A stretch of DNA of 64,000 nucleotides from Acidobacteriota bacterium (lineage in GTDB: Bacteria; Acidobacteriota; Thermoanaerobaculia; Multivoradales; Multivoraceae). The notes below the pieces were generated by a model. The model ran no database searches, was not told the origin of the DNA, and worked only from the letters and a program-made list of their open reading frames with translations. Position numbers and translations under genes: made by a program. Below, in pieces: positions 43,988 through 56,304 of this stretch. The stretch's first letter is position 1. Each line of letters starts with the position of its first letter. Where the stretch lies: assembly GCA_039026915.1 (NCBI GenBank), contig JBCCLJ010000006.1, forward strand, positions 5,000-68,999, in the 5' to 3' direction.

Positions 43988-45055
43988 TCAAGGCGTGGCT
44001 CCCTGAGGAACTTCGATCGGAGTGTAAACGAGCTGGCCGACGACCGAGTCGCGCCCTGCCGGATCGCGCCCCGAAGAAAGCGGCGTCACCAGGCGACGGT
44101 CGAGTCCGGTGCCCGCGGGAAGCACGACGCCGGGTGCGACGAGGGAGTCCTTGAGTCGGCAGCCGGCCTCGAGACGAGCCCCCGGAAGCACTGCGCTCGT
44201 CTCGACCCGGCAGTCCTCTTCGAGGACGACCTCGTGCTCGATCACGGCACGTCGGATCTTGCTTCGCGCACCCAGAGTGGCTCGATCACTGATCCAGGAG
44301 CTGCGCAGGGGGCTCGCCCGGCCCGCCGTCTGCACCAGCGCCTGAAGGTAGCGCCAAGGCGTACCGAGATCGTGCCAGGGTCTCTTCGTACGCACGGCAC
44401 GCAGGTTCTCGCGGTCGTCGAGCAGGGGCTCGTAGAGCTCGCCGACGATGTCGGCCGGCTCGCTGCGGCCCGCGACGCGATCGAGCAGCCGAGGCGAGAG
44501 GACCTGGGCCCCGCCGAAGACGAGCTCGGAGCCCGCAACGCCGTCGCTGGGGAGGCGGCGGTCGTGCCTGAGCTGCAGCAGGCGTCCGTCCTTCGAGACG
44601 GCGACGTTGCCCCTGAAAGGAGCCCTCTCGGCGATCAGCAACGTCGCGATCGCATCGTGGCGGAGGTGCTCCTTGACCATCTTCGAGAGCGGCCATCGGC
44701 AGAGCGAGTCCGAGTTGATGAGGAGCGCGGCATCGCTGTCCGCCAGCTGCCGAGCAATCGGTCCCAACGCGCCAAGGGTGCCTAGAATCTCCTCTTCCTC
44801 GGAGTAGCGGATCTCCATGCCGTCGACGTCGGTACCGACCGCTTCGCGAACCTGCTCGCCGAGAAAGTGCAGGTTCAGAAAAGCGCTCTCGCAGCCGAGT
44901 CGAGCCAGCCCCTGGAGCGTGCGCACGACGGAGCTCTTCCCCAAAACGGGCAGAAGCGGCTTGGGGATCTGTTGAGTGAGAGGCCTCAGCCGCTGACCGA
45001 AGCCGGCCGAGAGCACCAGAGCTCGAAGCCTGTGCTGTCGCCGTCCCCAGGCCAC
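43988..45055 (-). CDS. Sugar-phosphate nucleotidyltransferase with C-terminal left-handed beta-helix region
   Basis: GTG 45055 lies 1 nt after the CYTH stop. 'LVLSAGFGQRLRPLTQQIPKPLLPVLG' NTP-transferase signature. The listed ORF extension to 45367 overlaps the CYTH gene. Confidence 0.83.
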   Translation of the reverse strand: MAWGRRQHRLRALVLSAGFGQRLRPLTQQIPKPLLPVLGKSSVVRTLQGLARLGCESAFLNLHFLGEQVREAVGTDVDGMEIRYSEEEEILGTLGALGPIARQLADSDAALLINSDSLCRWPLSKMVKEHLRHDAIATLLIAERAPFRGNVAVSKDGRLLQLRHDRRLPSDGVAGSELVFGGAQVLSPRLLDRVAGRSEPADIVGELYEPLLDDRENLRAVRTKRPWHDLGTPWRYLQALVQTAGRASPLRSSWISDRATLGARSKIRRAVIEHEVVLEEDCRVETSAVLPGARLEAGCRLKDSLVAPGVVLPAGTGLDRRLVTPLSSGRDPAGRDSVVGQLVYTPIEVPQGATP

Positions 45056-45056
45056 G

Positions 45057-45626
45057 TCAGAGCCGCTCCGTTGGATCTTCGCGAGCCGAAGGCGGGAAGA
45101 CCATGTCGACGCCGAGCGCCGGATTCGCCGCTCTCGCCTCGAGCCAGAGACCGACGTAGCTGAGGCGCTCGGGCTCGGCATCCGCGAGACCCAGGCCTTC
45201 CAGATGCTCGAGCGGTCTCTCCGCCTCGACTTCGACGAAGTCCCCGAGCGGCGTGTGATCGAGGGCCACGACGGCGCCGTCGAACCGCCACTGCTCGCGG
45301 TCCTTCTCGTAACGCAGGGTGGCGCGGAGACCGAGAGCCACAAGAATCTCCTCGAGCCGGTCCGCATCGCCGACGGAGGTCTCGAGCTCTGTCCGGCTCT
45401 TCACCTGCTGCTCGTAGACGGCGGGTCCCTTGAACGTCACCTTTGCTCCCTGTCCATCGCGGCGAACGCGCAGCACGCAGCCGTGCCCCCGCAGCTCCCC
45501 TTCGCGATCGAACAGCGTGTTGCTCTCGCGCGATTTCGGTTCGAGCAGTTCGGCTCCCGCCTCGATGAGGCGCGAGCGCACTGCGTCCAGATCCTCGACG
45601 CGCACTTTGACCTCGCGCTCGATCAA
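45057..45626 (-). CDS. CYTH-domain protein (CyaB-type class IV adenylyl cyclase / triphosphatase fold)
   Basis: 189 aa. N-terminal ExExK motif 'MIEREVKVRV'. Length is typical of CYTH. Confidence 0.82.
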   Translation of the reverse strand: MIEREVKVRVEDLDAVRSRLIEAGAELLEPKSRESNTLFDREGELRGHGCVLRVRRDGQGAKVTFKGPAVYEQQVKSRTELETSVGDADRLEEILVALGLRATLRYEKDREQWRFDGAVVALDHTPLGDFVEVEAERPLEHLEGLGLADAEPERLSYVGLWLEARAANPALGVDMVFPPSAREDPTERL

Positions 45627-45628
45627 CG

Positions 45629-47026
45629 TCAGGAGGCTCCGGAGATCTCCGCCGCGCGATCGAGGAGCCGTGCGGTCGTGCGAATGCCTTGGTAGTAGTG
45701 CGAGAGGTTGAACTTCTCGTTGGGCGAGTGCAGCCGATCGTCACTGAGGCCGAAACCCATGAGGAGGGTCGGCGCTCCCAGCACCTCGTTCAGCGTACCG
45801 ACGATGGGGATCGAGCCGCCTTCGCGGACCTTCACGGGCGGCTTGCCCCAGACGTCCTGCATCGCCGACATCGCGGCAGCGGCAAAGGGGCCTTCGATGT
45901 CGACGAGGAGCGGTCCCGCGCCGTGAAGAACGTCGACCTCCACCGTCGCGCCGTCGGTCGGCATCTGGGCGACGAAGGCCTCGAGGCTGCGTCCGATCTC
46001 GTCTGGATCCTGGTCCGGCACGAGGCGCATTGAAACCTTGGCCCCGGAAATGGCCGGCAGGACGGTCTTGGCTCCCGGCCCCTGATAGCCGCTCCACAGA
46101 CCGTTCACGTCGAGGGTCGGTCGTGCCCACGAGCGCTCCAGAGTCGAGTAGCCCTCTTCGCCGAATGTCGCAGCGATGCCGAGATCCTTGCGGTACTCCT
46201 CCTCGTCGAGCGGCAGGGCGGCGAACTCCTTTCGCTCCCAGTCCTCGAGAGGTCGCACGGAGTCGTAGAAGCCGGGAATCAGAATGCGTCCCGTCTCGGG
46301 ATCGCGCAGTCGCGCGACGATGTCGGCGATCGTGTTGCCGGGGTTACGCACGGCGCCGCCGAAGGTCCCGGAGTGCAGATCGCGGTTCGGTCCGGTGACG
46401 CGGATCTCGACGTACAGGATGCCCTTGAGACCGTAGAGCAGGCTCGGTTGACCCGGCGCGTACATCGACGAGTCCGAGACCACGACCGCGTCCGCGCCGA
46501 GCCGCTCGCGCCCGGGTTCGCTGCGCACATAGTGCTCGATCGCTTCGCCGCCCGACTCCTCTTCACCTTCGACCAGGAACTTGACGTTCACCGGCAGTTC
46601 ATCGCGCGTAGCCAATAGCGCGTCGATGGCTTTCACGTGAGCGTACGACTGCCCCTTGTCGTCGGTCGCACCGCGGGCGACCAGCAGATCGCCCTCGACG
46701 GTCGGCTCGAAGGGCGGGTTGCGCCACTCCTCGAGCGGGTCCGGCGGCTGAACGTCGTAGTGGCCGTAGAAGAGGAGCGTCGGCAGAGCGTCGGAGACGT
46801 GGCGCTCGGCGAGCACCAGAGGATGCCCCTGCGTTTCGATGATCTCCGCCTGCAGGCCGGAGGCTTCCATGCGCGTGCGCAGAAAGTCCGCGCAGCGGGC
46901 CACGTCGGCGGCAAAGGCAGGATCGGTCGAAACCGAGGGAATCCTCAGGTAGTCCTTGAGCTCTTCGAGGTAGCGCTCGCTGTCGCGCTCGATCGTTGCG
47001 AAGACGTCCGACGTCGAATGGGTCAT
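45629..47026 (-). CDS. M20-family metallo-dipeptidase
   Basis: 465 aa: 'LLFYGHYDVQPPDP', 'ARGATDDKGQ', 'FLVEGEEESGG'. GAGGGGA SD upstream. Confidence 0.88.
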   Translation of the reverse strand: MTHSTSDVFATIERDSERYLEELKDYLRIPSVSTDPAFAADVARCADFLRTRMEASGLQAEIIETQGHPLVLAERHVSDALPTLLFYGHYDVQPPDPLEEWRNPPFEPTVEGDLLVARGATDDKGQSYAHVKAIDALLATRDELPVNVKFLVEGEEESGGEAIEHYVRSEPGRERLGADAVVVSDSSMYAPGQPSLLYGLKGILYVEIRVTGPNRDLHSGTFGGAVRNPGNTIADIVARLRDPETGRILIPGFYDSVRPLEDWERKEFAALPLDEEEYRKDLGIAATFGEEGYSTLERSWARPTLDVNGLWSGYQGPGAKTVLPAISGAKVSMRLVPDQDPDEIGRSLEAFVAQMPTDGATVEVDVLHGAGPLLVDIEGPFAAAAMSAMQDVWGKPPVKVREGGSIPIVGTLNEVLGAPTLLMGFGLSDDRLHSPNEKFNLSHYYQGIRTTARLLDRAAEISGAS

Positions 47027-47095
47027 GAGTGCTTCCCCTCACGTTGTTCCGAACGACAAGAGTAAGCGACGAGGATTGCCTTTGGCGACATCCCC

Positions 47096-47584
47096 TCAGA
47101 ATCTTTCCAACGATCCGCGGGACAGACGTCCGAGACCGATCGCGTTGACCGCGACGTGAGCAACGATCGGAGCCATCAGGTTCTGACGCCACTCGAAGAG
47201 GCTGCCCAGTCCAAGGCCGCCGAGCAGTGCGAAGAGCGTCCAGACGAGATAGATCTTCGACGGTCCGGAGTGCACGATCGCGAAGAGGAGCGTCGTTCCG
47301 ACGAGACCGAGGGACGGCTGCATCGCACCCCGGAAGAAGAGCTCTTCTCCGACGCCGGACAAAAGAGCCAGACCCAGCGCCTCAGAGGTCGTGAGAGGGC
47401 CGATCCGAGCAGCCAGTTCGCGCTCGAGAGCCCCGACGGGCCCGACAAACCTCGCAATCAGTTGCCAGGAGAGCGCCACCACCACGCCTCCCCCGACTCC
47501 GAGGGCAAGATCGAGTGGAAGCGAGGGTGCGCGAACGAAGAGATCGGCGGTGATCCCGCCGTCGCGCAGGCCGATCCACAGCAA
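47096..47584 (-). CDS. CPBP-family intramembrane glutamic endopeptidase (CAAX protease/Abi-like)
   Basis: 'GVGEELFFRG', 'FAIVHSG', 'VAHVAVN' motif triad within a polytopic membrane protein. Confidence 0.75.
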   Translation of the reverse strand: MLWIGLRDGGITADLFVRAPSLPLDLALGVGGGVVVALSWQLIARFVGPVGALERELAARIGPLTTSEALGLALLSGVGEELFFRGAMQPSLGLVGTTLLFAIVHSGPSKIYLVWTLFALLGGLGLGSLFEWRQNLMAPIVAHVAVNAIGLGRLSRGSLERF

Positions 47585-47639
47585 AGCTGCGATCGCCAGG
47601 AGGAGATAGAAGCCCCAACCGAAGCGGTAGAGCTCGGAG

Positions 47640-48299
47640 CTACTCTTCGTCGAAGGAGCGACCGGTCGCCTCCCAATCCGCCAGGAAACCGGCGAGACCG
47701 CGATCGGTCAGCGGGTGCTTGTAGAGCTGCTCGAGGGTCTTGAACGGCAGGGTGGCGGTGTCTGCACCGAGCCGTGCCGACTCGAACATATGGGCAGGGC
47801 TTCTCACCGACGCGACGAGGACTTTGGTGGTGAAGGCGTAGTTGGCGTAGATGCCGACGATGTCGGCGATCAGCTCCATGCCGTTCAATCCGATGTCGTC
47901 GAGCCGACCGACGAAGGGTGAAATGTAAGTGGCGCCGGCCTTGGCGGCGACGAGAGCCTGGTTCGCGGAGAAGCAGAGCGTGACGTTCGTCTTGATTCCC
48001 TGCTCGGTCAGCTGCGCCACCACCTGCAGGCCCTGCGGAAGCAGCGGGATCTTGACGACGACGTTCTCTGCCAGTCCGGCGAGGCGCTTGCCCTCTTCGA
48101 GCATGCCGGCGGCATCCGTCGCGATCACCTCACCGCTGACCGGCCCGGGGACGAGCTCGGCGATCTCCCGCACGGTCGGCAGATAGGCCTTGCCCTGCTT
48201 CGCGATCAGGGACGGATTGGTGGTGACGCCGTCGACCATGCCCCACTCGAGGCCGGTTCGAATCTGCTCGATATCTGCGGTGTCGAGAAAGAACTCCAT
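47640..48299 (-). CDS. tal: Short-form transaldolase / fructose-6-phosphate aldolase family
   Basis: 219 aa: '[13 protein letters not shown]...[10 protein letters not shown]', '[10 protein letters not shown]', 'TNVTLCFS', '[12 protein letters not shown]'. Confidence 0.92.
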   Translation of the reverse strand: MEFFLDTADIEQIRTGLEWGMVDGVTTNPSLIAKQGKAYLPTVREIAELVPGPVSGEVIATDAAGMLEEGKRLAGLAENVVVKIPLLPQGLQVVAQLTEQGIKTNVTLCFSANQALVAAKAGATYISPFVGRLDDIGLNGMELIADIVGIYANYAFTTKVLVASVRSPAHMFESARLGADTATLPFKTLEQLYKHPLTDRGLAGFLADWEATGRSFDEE

Positions 48300-48472
48300 C
48301 GGTCACTCCGTCAGTGTGTTGCTGGTAGCCGGGCCCGGGCATCGTACCGCGCGACCGAGCTGGGGGAAGGGCCAATTCTGCCGCGAGGACATGCGGCTGA
48401 GGGGATCCGAGATTCGAACCCTGCAAAGGGCTCGAGTCGACCGGTGAACGATCGGGCCGCCGGCCGCCGGAG

Positions 48473-51007
48473 CTATTCCTCGGAGTCGTCCGGAGCGTCG
48501 TCGCTGGGAGCCGTCTCTTCGCCGTCGTCCGGCTCTGAGACGCCCTCGTCTTCATCCTCATCCTCGTCGCGCTCGGGAATCCGAGCCGCCGCGACGATCC
48601 GATCGTCACCGTCGAGATCCATGATCTTGACGCCCTGGGTCGAGCGACCGATGCGCGACACCGAGGAGGACTCGATGCGGATGATCTTGCCTTCCTGCGT
48701 GATGATGACGATGCCGTCTTCGATGACCTCTTTGGCAGCGATGACCTCGCCCGTCTTGTCGCTGACTTTGAGGTTGATGATGCCCATGCCGCCGCGGCCT
48801 TGCCGTCGATACTCGTCGATCGCCGTGCGCTTGCCGAAGCCCTTCTCGGTCATGCTGAAGAGGTCGCCGCCGCGCTCCAGAGACTCCATGGAAACGACGC
48901 GGTCCCCGTCGCGAAGATTGATGCCGCGCACGCCCCGCGAGACCCGGCCCATCGGACGAACGTCGGTCTCAGGGAAGCGCACGGCGTAGCCCCGAGCGGT
49001 CGCCAGGACGACGTCGCGTTCACCGTCGGTTACGCGCACGGCGAGGAGACGGTCGTCTTCGTCGACGCGGGCCGCGATGATGCCGTCGGCCCTCGGTCGC
49101 GAAAACGCGGAGAGACTCGTCTTCTTGATGGTGCCGCCCTCGGTCGCGAAGATCAGGAAGAGGTCCTCCGGGAACTCGCGCACCGCAATCGTCGTGGCGA
49201 TGCGTTCGTCGGCGTCGAGGTTGAGCAGGTTGACGATCGCCTTGCCGCGCGCCGCCGGGCCCATCTCAGGGATGCCGTGCACCTTGATCCAGTACAGCTG
49301 GCCACGCTCGGTGACCGCCAGGATGTAGCTGTGTGCCGAGGCGACGAAGACATTTTCGACGAAGTCTTCTTCCTTCGTCTCCATGCCCTTGCGGCCTTTG
49401 CCACCGCGATTCTGGGCACGGTAGAGCGCCAGCGGCGAGCGTTTGATGTAACCGGAGTTGGTGACCGTAATCACCATGTCCTCGTCGGCGATCATGTCCT
49501 CGATGCTGATGTCGCCGCTGTGCTCGAGGATCTCGGTACGGCGCTCGTCCCCGTACTTGTCCTTGAGCTCGACCAGCTCGTCGCGAATCACCTCGAGCAC
49601 CAGCTCGTCGGAGTTGAGGATCGCGCGCAGACGCTCGATCGTCTGCATCAGCTCCTCGTACTCCTCGAGGATCTTCTCGCGCTCGAGCCCGGTCAGTCGC
49701 TGCAGGCGCATCTCGAGGATGGCCTGGGCCTGCGGCTCGGTGAAACCGAAGCCCTCCATCAGATTCGCGCGCGCTTCGGGAGGCGTTCGACTCGAGCGGA
49801 TCGTGGCGATGACCTCGTCGAGGTGATCGAGGGCCTTGAGCAGGCCTTCCAAAATGTGCGCCCGCTCTTCCGCCTTGCGCAGGTCGAAACGCGAGCGACG
49901 GATGATCACCGTCTTGCGATGGTTCAGAAAATGCGTCAGCAGCTCGCGCAGCTCGAGGGTTTGAGGCCGACCGTCGACGATCGCCAGCATGTTCATGCCG
50001 AACGAGACCTGCATCTGCGTCATCTTGTAGAGCGTGTTCAAGATGACTTCGGGCACCTCACCACGCTTCAGATCGACGACGACGCGAATGCCGTTGCGGT
50101 CCGATTCGTCGCGCAGGTCCGAGATGCCTTCGAGCTTCTTGTCGCGCACCAGCTCGGCGATCTTCTCGATGAGCCGCGCCTTGTTCACCTGGTAGGGAAT
50201 CTCGTCGACGATGATCGAGTGGCGATCGCCCTTGCGCTCTTCGAAGTGGGCCTTGGCGCGCACCTGAATCGTGCCGCGGCCGGTGGCGTACCCGGACCGG
50301 ATTCCCTGTGACCCGTGGATCGAGCCTCCCGTCGGAAAGTCGGGTCCAGGCAGCGACTCCATCAGGTCGAGCGAGGTGGCTTCCGGGTTCGCGATCAGCT
50401 GGAGCGTAGCGTCGATCACCTCGCTCAGATTGTGCGGAGGGATGTTCGTCGCCATGCCAACGGCGATGCCCGCAGAGCCGTTGACCAGGAGGTTCGGGAA
50501 GCGGGCAGGGAGCGGCATCGGCTCCGACTCGGAGCCGTCGTAGTTTTCGATCCAGTCGACGGTCTCTTTGTCGATGTCCTCGCGGAGCATCTCTTCCGCG
50601 ATCTTGGTCATGCGCACTTCGGTGTAGCGCATCGCTGCGGCGTTGTCGCCGTCGAGCGAGCCGAAGTTGCCCTGACCATCAACGAGCGGATAGCGCATCG
50701 AGAAGTCCTGCGCCATCCGCACGACCGTGTCGTAGATCGCCGAGTCGCCGTGAGGGTGGTACTTACCCATGACGTCACCGACGATTCGGGCCGACTTCTT
50801 GTAGGCACGGTTCGAGTAGTTGCCGGCCTCCCACATGCCGTAGAGCACGCGGCGATGCACGGGCTTGAGGCCGTCTCGCACGTCGGGAAGCGCACGCCCG
50901 ACGATGACGCTCATCGCGTAGTCGAGATAGCTCCGCTTCATCTCCTCTTCGAGATCGACTGGAATCGAACCGAGAGGCGGAAGGATCTCGTCGTCGTGCT
51001 CGCTCAT
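48473..51007 (-). CDS. gyrA: DNA gyrase subunit A
   Basis: 844 aa: '[12 protein letters not shown]', '[11 protein letters not shown]', active-site '[10 protein letters not shown]'. C-terminal beta-pinwheel repeats and an acidic tail. Confidence 0.98.
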   Translation of the reverse strand: MSEHDDEILPPLGSIPVDLEEEMKRSYLDYAMSVIVGRALPDVRDGLKPVHRRVLYGMWEAGNYSNRAYKKSARIVGDVMGKYHPHGDSAIYDTVVRMAQDFSMRYPLVDGQGNFGSLDGDNAAAMRYTEVRMTKIAEEMLREDIDKETVDWIENYDGSESEPMPLPARFPNLLVNGSAGIAVGMATNIPPHNLSEVIDATLQLIANPEATSLDLMESLPGPDFPTGGSIHGSQGIRSGYATGRGTIQVRAKAHFEERKGDRHSIIVDEIPYQVNKARLIEKIAELVRDKKLEGISDLRDESDRNGIRVVVDLKRGEVPEVILNTLYKMTQMQVSFGMNMLAIVDGRPQTLELRELLTHFLNHRKTVIIRRSRFDLRKAEERAHILEGLLKALDHLDEVIATIRSSRTPPEARANLMEGFGFTEPQAQAILEMRLQRLTGLEREKILEEYEELMQTIERLRAILNSDELVLEVIRDELVELKDKYGDERRTEILEHSGDISIEDMIADEDMVITVTNSGYIKRSPLALYRAQNRGGKGRKGMETKEEDFVENVFVASAHSYILAVTERGQLYWIKVHGIPEMGPAARGKAIVNLLNLDADERIATTIAVREFPEDLFLIFATEGGTIKKTSLSAFSRPRADGIIAARVDEDDRLLAVRVTDGERDVVLATARGYAVRFPETDVRPMGRVSRGVRGINLRDGDRVVSMESLERGGDLFSMTEKGFGKRTAIDEYRRQGRGGMGIINLKVSDKTGEVIAAKEVIEDGIVIITQEGKIIRIESSSVSRIGRSTQGVKIMDLDGDDRIVAAARIPERDEDEDEDEGVSEPDDGEETAPSDDAPDDSEE

Positions 51008-51071
51008 CGGGTACTCCGAAACATCAAGAGAAACGCACCGGGCTCTGCGACCGGCGCGTCAGGGTCTCGAA

Positions 51072-53633
<2,562 letters not shown>

Positions 53634-53715
53634 CTAAGATTAGCACAGAGAGGCTCTCAGAACCAGCCTCACAGGCTCCGCTTGCAAGCGCCCGAAAGTA
53701 TTGATTTAACTGGGT

Positions 53716-54795
53716 TTATGGAGCTTCTACGCGGCCTGCGGCGACGGCCCACCGGCAGGCGATGGGCAGGTCCTCCCAGACCTCGGGTCGGTTGGAGCTC
53801 GCGAACACCTGATCGAGCTTGGAGAAGGCGCTCCAAACCCGGTAGAACGTGCGTCGATCGAGTTCGGTGTCGAGGTCGTCGAGCAGCAGCAGAGGCGGCC
53901 TTCCGGCCTGCTCGAGAAGCCGGCTCTGAGCGGCGAGGAGGCAGAGGCCGACGGCCTTGCGCTCCCCCGCCGAAGCGACCCGACCGACGGCGCGATCGCT
54001 CCAGAGGATCTCGATACGATCTCGGTGGGAGCCGAGAAGGCAGCGCTGGCGCGCGACTTCGTCCGCGGCCTTGGCACTCAGAGCCGCCAAGACGGCGTCG
54101 TAGCTCTCGAGAGCGACCCGGGGCGACGGGCGGTAGGAGACGCTCAGCTGTGGAAAACCAAGCTCGCACTCGGTCGCCACTTCGCCGAGAGCCGCCGACA
54201 GGCGCTCGCAGTGGCTGTGCCGCTCGCACGCCACGCGATGGATCGACTGCGCAAGCAGATCGTTCCAGCTCTCGAGATCCTGCGGCCGTCCGTGGCGGGA
54301 AGTCGACAGGAGGGAGCGCTTCTGACCGAGGACCTTGCGCAGTCGCTGGAGCGTTTCCAGGGCGGCGGGACGTTCGCCGACGACACCGCGATCGACGAAG
54401 CGGCGCCGCAGCTCGGGCTCGCCGGTGAGGACCTCGGTCTCGGCGCTGGTCCAAGCGAGGATCGGCTGAGCCGCAAGATGTTCCGACAGAGCGACCGTTT
54501 CGCCGTTGAGACGCCGCCAGAAGCCCTCAGAGCTCCATCCGACACCCAGTTGGCTGCGGGAGGACGTTTCGACCTCTGCGACGACGCTGAAGGCGCTCTC
54601 GCGGCCATCGCTGCGCAGGCAGTCTCGTAGCCGAGACGTGCGGAAGCTGCGCGTCGTGGTCGCCAGGTAGGCCGCTTCCAGGAGGGACGTCTTACCGCTG
54701 CCGGTGCCACCCAGCAGCAGGTTCGAGCCGGAGCCCGGTGCGAACGACTGCGTTTCCAGGTTGCGGAAGCCACTGACCTGCAGACCTCGAATCAC
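53716..54795 (-). CDS. recF: DNA replication and repair protein RecF
   Basis: 'LQVSGFRNL', Walker A 'GGTGSGKTSLLEA', Walker B 'LLLLDDLDTELD'. Position is between dnaN and gyrB. Confidence 0.92.
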   Translation of the reverse strand: MIRGLQVSGFRNLETQSFAPGSGSNLLLGGTGSGKTSLLEAAYLATTTRSFRTSRLRDCLRSDGRESAFSVVAEVETSSRSQLGVGWSSEGFWRRLNGETVALSEHLAAQPILAWTSAETEVLTGEPELRRRFVDRGVVGERPAALETLQRLRKVLGQKRSLLSTSRHGRPQDLESWNDLLAQSIHRVACERHSHCERLSAALGEVATECELGFPQLSVSYRPSPRVALESYDAVLAALSAKAADEVARQRCLLGSHRDRIEILWSDRAVGRVASAGERKAVGLCLLAAQSRLLEQAGRPPLLLLDDLDTELDRRTFYRVWSAFSKLDQVFASSNRPEVWEDLPIACRWAVAAGRVEAP

Positions 54796-54877
54796 GTCGG
54801 GCTCCGTGCCGCAGTCTCATCTGCCTCCCGACGCACCTGCGCCCGCCGAACGATCCGCTGCGGACGAGACGTCGCCG

Positions 54878-55978
54878 TCAGAGGCGCATCGGCATGATGA
54901 CGCAGAGGTACCGCTCGTCGTCCGATTCCTCGGCCGGAGCACCGATGCACTGGCTGTTCTCGTCCTTGAGCTTGAGGAGGACGTCGTCCGACTCGACCAC
55001 CGAAAGGAACTGGCCGAGGTAGTCCGGGTTGATCCCGAGCTCGAGGGTCGGACCCTCGTACTCGCACTCGATCTCCTCGACCGCCTCTCCGAGGTCGGGA
55101 TTCGCGGCAGAGACCACGAGCTGCTGATCCTCGAACGCCATACGCACGGCCCGAGCGCGGTCGCCCGTGAGCAGTGCAACGCGGCTGACGACCTCGCCGA
55201 GGCCCTTGCGCGGAAAGGAGACGACCTTGTCGTTGTCCTTGGAAATGACCTTCTCGTAGTCGGGGAAGGTGCCTTCGAGGATCCGGCAGATCAACTCCCT
55301 GCGACCGACGCCGAAGGAGAGATGATGCTCGCCTCGACGAAAGGTGACCGCATCGTCGCCGTCGAAGCGCTGCAGCTCCTGCAGCGCCTTGCGCGGCACC
55401 AGAACCCCTTCACTCTCCTCCACGCCCGCCACCGGCGTCTCGACGAGGGCCAGGCGATGACCGTCCGTGGCCACCATCTCCAGAGAGCCGGACTTCGGCT
55501 TGAGCAGAGCACCGTTCAGCTGGAAGCGTGACTCTTCAGCCGAAACGGCGAAGAAGATCTTGCTGATCATCTTGCGGAAGTCGCCGTGGGGCAGCTCGAT
55601 CTGAGCTCCTTCGCCGACCTCGGGAAGCGTCGGGAAGTCGTCCGAGGAGAGGCCGCGAATCTTGAAGCGCGACTTGCCGGAGGTGATGCGAAGACCGTGG
55701 TTGTCCTCTTCCACGAGATGGACTTCGTCTCCAACCATGGCGCGCACGATCTCGAGGAACTTCCGCGCCTGAACAGCGACTGCGCCTTCGCGATCCGTCG
55801 CGGCGTCGCACCACGACGTCAACGAGACGTCGAGATCGGTGGCTGCGATGTGGAGCTTGCCGTCTTTCGCCTTGAGGAGAATGTGCGAAAGCACCGGGAT
55901 CGTCGACTTACGCTCGACGATGCCCTGCATGGGGGCGAGCTCGGTCAGAAGCTCTGCGCGATTGATACGGATTTCCAT
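54878..55978 (-). CDS. dnaN: DNA polymerase III beta sliding clamp
   Basis: 366 aa: 'RAELLTELAPMQGIVERKSTIPVLSHILL' and 'ATDGHRLA'. Lies immediately downstream of dnaA. Confidence 0.95.
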   Translation of the reverse strand: MEIRINRAELLTELAPMQGIVERKSTIPVLSHILLKAKDGKLHIAATDLDVSLTSWCDAATDREGAVAVQARKFLEIVRAMVGDEVHLVEEDNHGLRITSGKSRFKIRGLSSDDFPTLPEVGEGAQIELPHGDFRKMISKIFFAVSAEESRFQLNGALLKPKSGSLEMVATDGHRLALVETPVAGVEESEGVLVPRKALQELQRFDGDDAVTFRRGEHHLSFGVGRRELICRILEGTFPDYEKVISKDNDKVVSFPRKGLGEVVSRVALLTGDRARAVRMAFEDQQLVVSAANPDLGEAVEEIECEYEGPTLELGINPDYLGQFLSVVESDDVLLKLKDENSQCIGAPAEESDDERYLCVIMPMRL

Positions 55979-56304
55979 AGAGGCGCTCTGGTCCTAAGAA
56001 GTCTGAAAGGAATATAACTAATCTACAGTCGTAGTCATAGGTGCTGTGGAGTCTTCGGAGGAATCCTTCAACACCTTTGTTGACAGGGGTTTGAACTCAC
56101 CCGAGCCTGCGGATTGCGGTGTGGATCGACGGCGCTTTTTCTGCGGAGATTCGGTGATTCTCGCCGACTGTGGAAGTTCTTGAGGGTTTTCCACCGCGTT
56201 GTCCGCAGGGTCGGCTCGCAGCGTCGGAACGGCGTGCTGCAGACAGGCGGCAGCGACGGCGCGCTGCGCCGTTGCCCAATGCATCGCGCTCGACCGGATC
56301 GAGC
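55979..56304. other. Candidate chromosomal replication origin (oriC) in the dnaA-dnaN spacer
   Basis: A ~33% GC stretch (55994-56040) in a ~67% GC background. Five DnaA-box-like 9-mers: TGTGGAGTC 56045-53, TGTGGATCG 56120-28, TGTGGAAGT 56169-77, TTTTCCACC 56187-95, TTGTCCGCA 56199-207. Flanked by the canonical dnaA-dnaN-recF-gyrBA context. Confidence 0.5.

Noticed and set aside
42817-44154. 445-aa plus-strand ORF (also 41030..42184 minus)
   Set aside because: The first is antisense to the type III PKS and methyltransferase genes. The second is an alternate frame of the acyl-AMP ligase gene.
48400-48435. tRNA T-loop-like string (GGTTCGAATC on the minus strand) in the gyrA-tal spacer
   Set aside because: I could not build an acceptor stem, D-arm or anticodon arm around it, and the T-stem itself has a mismatch. 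It is probably a chance match or a fully decayed remnant.
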